From: Acetobacteraceae bacterium
GTDB taxonomy: Bacteria > Pseudomonadota > Alphaproteobacteria > Acetobacterales > Acetobacteraceae
Assembly (NCBI GenBank): GCA_035701785.1
Contig: DASSRN010000602.1
Span: 1-38,140, forward strand
Direction: 5' to 3'
DNA length: 38,140 nucleotides
This document shows, piece after piece, positions 34,186-38,140 of this stretch. Under the pieces are notes generated by a model that saw only the letters and a list, made by a program, of their open reading frames with translations, had not been told where the DNA came from and did no database searches. The stretch's first letter is position 1. Every line of letters begins with the position of its first letter. A program made the position numbers and the translations under genes.

Positions 34186-34461
34186 CTACGGCATGCCCAG
34201 CTTCTGCAACTGGTCCATCAGCACGAGTGTGTCGTCGGACAGTGCCGCGGTTGCGAGCAGCGACCGGAATACACCCTCCGCATTGCTGGATGACGGGCGG
34301 CTCAGCGAGAGCAGGCTCGCCAGTAGTGCCAGCGCAAGCGCTGCCAGCACCAGGCAGTCGTCGCCTCGCTGATACGTATTGCAGTACGCAGCTTTCGGCT
34401 TTCTTGCTGCCAAGTTACCCCCTGTCTTCACAGTGGTGCCGCCGCCATTGCCAGCGAGCAT
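34186..34461 (-). CDS. Possible small membrane protein (91 aa), unknown family
   Basis: One clear hydrophobic helix, CLVLAALALALLASLLSL. G+C-rich third positions mainly in the 3' two-thirds. No RBS checked convincingly. Could be a spurious ORF. Confidence 0.3.
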   Translation of the reverse strand: MLAGNGGGTTVKTGGNLAARKPKAAYCNTYQRGDDCLVLAALALALLASLLSLSRPSSSNAEGVFRSLLATAALSDDTLVLMDQLQKLGMP

Positions 34462-34524
34462 GTTCGATCTTCATGGGGGGCCGCCTCATCAACATTGTGG
34501 AGGCGGTGAGTTCTGGACGCGCCC

Positions 34525-35616
34525 TTAGCGCTGCTCGGTCGTTTTGGGCGACCACAGTCCGGCGAGCATCGCGACCACGTCGGTCTGGCGACTTAGCCCG
34601 GTCTTCTCCAACACGCCGCGTACGTGGCTGCGGATCGTGCTGGTGGCAACGCCTGCCGTCGATGCAAGGCTCTCGACCGTCTGACCTGATGCAAGACCGC
34701 GTGCCACGCGCGCCTCGGCCGCAGTCAGGTCGAACAGGGATTGCACAAGGTCCACCGGCGGCGCTGCCGGCATGCTGACAGGCGTCAGAATCAGTGCTGC
34801 GACCGAGTTGCTGAAGATATCGCGCGCTGACAGCCTGACCGGAACGAAATGCAGGACCATCGCCTGCTCAGATTCGATATCGCGCACGGGAAAGGACCGG
34901 ACGCTGGCAGACAATTGGGAATGCGCAATCGCTTCCCGCAACAGCTTATCGGCTGTCGCATCCTTCAAACCGATCCGGTCGTGTGCGAGCCATCGCAGGC
35001 AACCCTGCAGTTCCTCGATAAATTGGTTCGCCGCGAGCACCCGGCCGCTGTCGTTGATCACCAACGCCGGCAATCCGATTGCTGCCAGCGTCTGCGCTGC
35101 CGTGTGCGCTCGCTCCAGCCGCAACCGCGCCGCGAGCAGCGCGCTGCGTGCCAGGTGTGGCCGCAGCAGATCCAGCTGCCGAACCGCAGCCTGCTCCACC
35201 GGCCCACGGCTGCGCTCCCGTTCCAGAGCGATCGAAAACCAGTCGCCCGTCGGCAAAGGTACCGCTGTGCACGCGCTCCACCCCAGCCCACGTGGATACA
35301 GCATGTCGCGATACGAAGGATCGCTGCCGAGCTCGTCGTCGGTGTAGACGTCATGCTCGACAAGAAAGCCGGCATGGCCCGCCGAGGTGAAGCGGCGAAA
35401 GCGCTCGGAACGAAGGATGTATCCGCTCTGAAAGAACGGCGAAGCGGCTTGGCGACCGATGTCGGTCGAGGAGATGAACTTGTGGACGCGGCTGCTCGAG
35501 ACGAACAGAAAGCCAGTTCGTGCTGCGGCGATGTCGGCCAGCTCGCTCAGCACGCTCTCCCAGCCATCCGGCACGAACCCGCATTCGTAGATCCGGTCGA
35601 TGACTCCTGCCTGCAT
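34525..35616 (-). CDS. LuxR-family (HTH) transcriptional regulator with an uncharacterised N-terminal sensor region
   Basis: The C-terminal LTAAEARVARGLASGQTVESLASTAGVATSTIRSHVRGVLEKTG is a LuxR/FixJ-type HTH. ATG 35614..35616 is preceded by GAGGAGAG. Confidence 0.85.
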   Translation of the reverse strand: MQAGVIDRIYECGFVPDGWESVLSELADIAAARTGFLFVSSSRVHKFISSTDIGRQAASPFFQSGYILRSERFRRFTSAGHAGFLVEHDVYTDDELGSDPSYRDMLYPRGLGWSACTAVPLPTGDWFSIALERERSRGPVEQAAVRQLDLLRPHLARSALLAARLRLERAHTAAQTLAAIGLPALVINDSGRVLAANQFIEELQGCLRWLAHDRIGLKDATADKLLREAIAHSQLSASVRSFPVRDIESEQAMVLHFVPVRLSARDIFSNSVAALILTPVSMPAAPPVDLVQSLFDLTAAEARVARGLASGQTVESLASTAGVATSTIRSHVRGVLEKTGLSRQTDVVAMLAGLWSPKTTEQR

Positions 35617-35748
35617 CGGCTCTCCTCGCACCCTGGCGAATTTAGTCCGGGTAACTCATCAGCGATCGCGCGGCATCGCAAGGCTGATCAGCGTCGCGTT
35701 CTGAAAAGCGGCAACATGGATCAGGGTTTTTGGCTGGTCGTCAGCCGC

Positions 35749-36546
35749 TCAGCGCGCGGCGACCCGCGGCTTGTCGCCCAGCATCGCAGCCAGGGTCGGC
35801 TCGATCGCCGCTGCCATCAGTGCCTGGCCTTCCGCCGAGGGATGCAGCGGCGGCTCCGGCGGCGTCAGCTTCGGGTCGAAGAACAGGTCCGTATCGAGCC
35901 TGCCATTGCGCATGAACACTTGACCGACATCGAGATACGTGACGTCGCCGCCGCGCCGATAGCGCGCCGCGAGCGCGCTGTTGATCGCCGCAGTGCTCTC
36001 GGTGACCCAGGCGTTGCGCTCCGACGGCAGTACGCCAAGCAGCAGCAGCCTGGTCTGCGGCAGCCGATGCCGCAACTGCTGCACGATCGCGTCGATGCCA
36101 GCGACCGTGTCGTCGACCGACCAGTGCAGCCGGCCCAGATTGTTGGCGCCGATCAGGATCACCGCGACCTTGGGCGCGATGCCGGCGACCTCGCCGTTCT
36201 CGATCCGCCACAACAGGTGCGCCGTCGCATCGCCGGTGAAGCCGAGATTGACCGCGTTGCGGTCGCCATAGAAGCGCTGCCACACCGGCACGAAGTCGCG
36301 CCACGGCTCGGGACCGCTGCGCTCGTAGTCCTGCGTGATCGAATCGCCCAGGAAGATCAGGTCCACGGGTCGGCTGCGCAGTTCCTCCAGCTTCGCCGCG
36401 TGCCGTTGGCGCCACCATGCGAGGTCCATGCGCGAGATCGGTGTGGCCGCCAGCGGCGCATGTGGCTGCGATGGCGCGGCGCCGCTCAGCAGCAGGCCAG
36501 CGGCCAGGACGAGGAACGACAGGCGACGCATCACGGGCGAATCCAT
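35749..36546 (-). CDS. SGNH/GDSL hydrolase family protein, secreted
   Basis: Signal RRLSFLVLAAGLLLSGAAPS. Block I is LIFLGDSITQ and block III is ILIGANNLG, with block II around NLGFTGD. Confidence 0.85.
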   Translation of the reverse strand: MDSPVMRRLSFLVLAAGLLLSGAAPSQPHAPLAATPISRMDLAWWRQRHAAKLEELRSRPVDLIFLGDSITQDYERSGPEPWRDFVPVWQRFYGDRNAVNLGFTGDATAHLLWRIENGEVAGIAPKVAVILIGANNLGRLHWSVDDTVAGIDAIVQQLRHRLPQTRLLLLGVLPSERNAWVTESTAAINSALAARYRRGGDVTYLDVGQVFMRNGRLDTDLFFDPKLTPPEPPLHPSAEGQALMAAAIEPTLAAMLGDKPRVAAR

Positions 36547-36581
36547 TGGCAGGTGACGACGGGTCTTTATATACGCCCTGC

Positions 36582-37241
36582 GTGTCGCCCGAACTGATCA
36601 TCTTCGACTGCGACGGGGTGCTGATCGACAGCGAGGTGGTCGCCTGTCGCGCCGATGCCGAATGCCTCGCCCAGGTCGGCGTCACGCTGTCGGTCGAGGA
36701 GATCATCCACCGCTATCTTGGCATCAGTGCCGCCGAGATGTGCGCCGACATCGAAACGCGGCATCGCATCAGATTGCCACCGGACTTCGGCGAAACGATG
36801 CGGCAGCGGGTCGCGGCTGCGTTCGAGACGGAGCTGTTGCCGATCTCGGGCGTGGCGGAGGTGCTTCCGGCGCTGCCGATGCGGCGCTGTGTCGCCTCCA
36901 GCAGCAGCCCCGAACGGCTGCGCCATTCGCTGGCGCTCACCGGACTGCTGCACTGGTTCGAACCGCACGTGTTCAGCGCCACCCAGGTGGTGCGCGGCAA
37001 GCCGGCGCCTGACCTGTTCCTCTTCGCCGCCGCTTCGATGCGCGCGTCTCCGGAAGAATGCGTGGTCATCGAGGACAGCGTGCCAGGTGTGCAGGCCGCA
37101 GTATCAGCATGTATGCGCCCGATCGGCTTCATCGGCGGCAGCCATTGCCGCCCTGGCCATGCGGACCGGCTGCGCGCAGCGGGCGCAGCGGCTGTCATCG
37201 ACGACATGCGCGGGCTTCCGGCAGTGCTGGCGTCAGCCTAG
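36582..37241 (+). CDS. HAD-superfamily hydrolase (beta-phosphoglucomutase/phosphatase-like, subfamily IA)
   Basis: VSPELIIFDCDGVLIDSE (DxDG motif I), VASSS (motif II), GKPAPDLF and VIEDSVPG (motifs III/IV). GTG start at 36582; there is no in-frame ATG nearby. Confidence 0.82.
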   Translation: MSPELIIFDCDGVLIDSEVVACRADAECLAQVGVTLSVEEIIHRYLGISAAEMCADIETRHRIRLPPDFGETMRQRVAAAFETELLPISGVAEVLPALPMRRCVASSSSPERLRHSLALTGLLHWFEPHVFSATQVVRGKPAPDLFLFAAASMRASPEECVVIEDSVPGVQAAVSACMRPIGFIGGSHCRPGHADRLRAAGAAAVIDDMRGLPAVLASA

Positions 37242-37271
37242 CATCCAGCCATCGCCGCCAGGGGACAACGC

Positions 37272-38140
37272 ATGCGCATCACCAAGATCGAGGACCTGCA
37301 CTGCAACGCGGGCTGGCGCGACTTCTCGTTCGTGAAGATCAGCACCGACGAAGGTCTCGTCGGCTGGTCCGAGTTCATGGAATCCTACGGCTCTGCCGGC
37401 TTGGCCGGGGTAATCCGCAAGCTCAGTGAAAAGCTGATCGGCTGGGATCCGCGACCGGTGGAGAAGATCACCGCCTACCTGCACGGCGTGACGCGGCAGT
37501 CGGTCGGCGGCATCGCGCAGCAGGCGATCGCCGCGATCGAGAACGCGCTTGTCGACCTGAAGGCCAAGGCACTCGGCATCCCGGTCTACGAAATGCTGGG
37601 CGGCCCGATTCGCGACCGCCTGCAGCTCTACTGGTCGCATTGCGGCACCTGGCGGATCAGCCACGCCAGCCGCATCAAGGAATGGACCGGCTTCGATCCG
37701 ATCCGCTCGCTGGACGATGTGGAGCGTGCCGGCGCCGAGGTGGCGCGGCGCGGCTTCAAGGGATTGAAGACCAACATCTTCCGCTTCGGGGGCGGTGAGC
37801 CCTTTGTGCACATGCCGGGCTTTAACGGTCCGGGCTGGCCGGAGCTGAACATCTCGCGCGACCTGGTGGATGGGCTGGTCGCGCAGATGGCGGCATTCCG
37901 CAAAGGCGCCGGCCCGAAAGTCGGGCTACATCTCGATCTGAACTTCAACTTCAAGACCGAGGGCTATATCCGCCTGGCGCAGGAGCTGGAGCCGTTCGAC
38001 CTGGTGTGGCTTGAGGTGGACAGCTACGACCCCGGCGCGCTGTCGACCATCCGCCGATCGGCGCGCACGCGCATCGCGTCACTGGAATCGCTGCACGGGC
38101 GGCGGCAGTTCCGGCCGTTCTTCGAACAGCAGTCGGTCGA
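37272..38140 (+). CDS. Enolase-superfamily enzyme (mandelate racemase / muconate lactonizing, galactonate-dehydratase-like), 3' end outside the window
   Basis: Hand translation is open to the window end: MRITKIEDLHCNAGWRDFSFVKISTDEGLVGWSEF...AIENALVDLKAKALGIPVYEMLGGP...GFKGLKTNIF...LHLDLNFNF...FDLVWLEVD. Absent from the track because no stop lies inside the window. Confidence 0.88.
   Translation, partial: MRITKIEDLHCNAGWRDFSFVKISTDEGLVGWSEFMESYGSAGLAGVIRKLSEKLIGWDPRPVEKITAYLHGVTRQSVGGIAQQAIAAIENALVDLKAKALGIPVYEMLGGPIRDRLQLYWSHCGTWRISHASRIKEWTGFDPIRSLDDVERAGAEVARRGFKGLKTNIFRFGGGEPFVHMPGFNGPGWPELNISRDLVDGLVAQMAAFRKGAGPKVGLHLDLNFNFKTEGYIRLAQELEPFDLVWLEVDSYDPGALSTIRRSARTRIASLESLHGRRQFRPFFEQQSV

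Noticed and set aside
34849-36597. Long antisense ORFs: 34849..36597 (+, 582 aa), 3079..4299 (-), 5508..6752 (+), 13323..14459 (+), 20292..21299 (+), 24895..25785 (-), 26530..27528 (-), 27027..28376 (-)
   Set aside because: Each lies opposite a domain-bearing gene and is dominated by Arg/Gln/Ala/Pro/His runs with no recognisable motifs. They are shadow ORFs, expected in GC-rich DNA.
1-38140. Mobile elements, CRISPR arrays, tRNA/rRNA genes and prophage or defence-system genes
   Set aside because: Reading both strands turned up no transposase, integrase or recombinase motifs. I also saw no repeat-spacer periodicity, no tRNA-like cloverleaf regions in the intergenic gaps, and no nuclease/helicase/Sir2/TIR-type defence signatures. 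The low-GC patches lack flanking direct repeats that I could see.

Overview
GC-rich (about two-thirds G+C in the lines I counted) chromosomal segment, probably alphaproteobacterial. Genes are tightly packed and many neighbours share overlapping stop/start codons (GTGA, ATGA). I saw no rRNA, tRNA, CRISPR array, transposase or integrase.

Content from left to right:
- an SRPBCC fragment
- a glutaredoxin-like/DinB fusion
- a 1112-aa SAM / class III cyclase / STAND NTPase / TPR protein
- a low-GC gene for a small secreted protein
- a cell-envelope block (tmk, D-Ala-D-Ala carboxypeptidase, rlpA, lytic transglycosylase)
- a 33% G+C island followed by an unlisted 57-codon ORF and a DUF6065-like gene
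- a TolB-like/TPR protein, a Bcr/CflA MFS exporter and a GAF-GGDEF-EAL protein
- a leaderless SBP-like protein facing a flavoprotein
- a decayed SDR relic, DUF2147 plus a serine hydrolase, and a Crp/Fnr regulator
- a hybrid histidine kinase with a REC-EAL partner
- a five-gene operon: alpha/beta hydrolase, polytopic SpeE-like membrane protein, PCMT-like methyltransferase and two crotonases
- a frameshifted APH-type kinase, two GNATs, a SAM methyltransferase and a TauE/SafE permease
- a LuxR-type regulator, an SGNH hydrolase, a HAD hydrolase and a partial enolase-superfamily enzyme

Most interesting observations:
1. The Grx-DinB gene has an in-frame TGA exactly where the first Cys of the CxxC redox motif should be. 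An intact RBS and ATG lie upstream, and two RNA hairpins follow the TGA. It is either a selenocysteine (UxxC) candidate or a very recent pseudogene.
2. The AT-rich island sits in front of a strongly RBS-preceded 57-codon ORF that looks co-transcribed with a DUF6065-like protein of unknown function. This could be a small-protein/enzyme module.
3. The operon built around a 14-TM SpeE-like protein has a degenerate GGGDG motif and a divergent PCMT-like methyltransferase.

All family calls come from motif recognition by eye. No searches were run.
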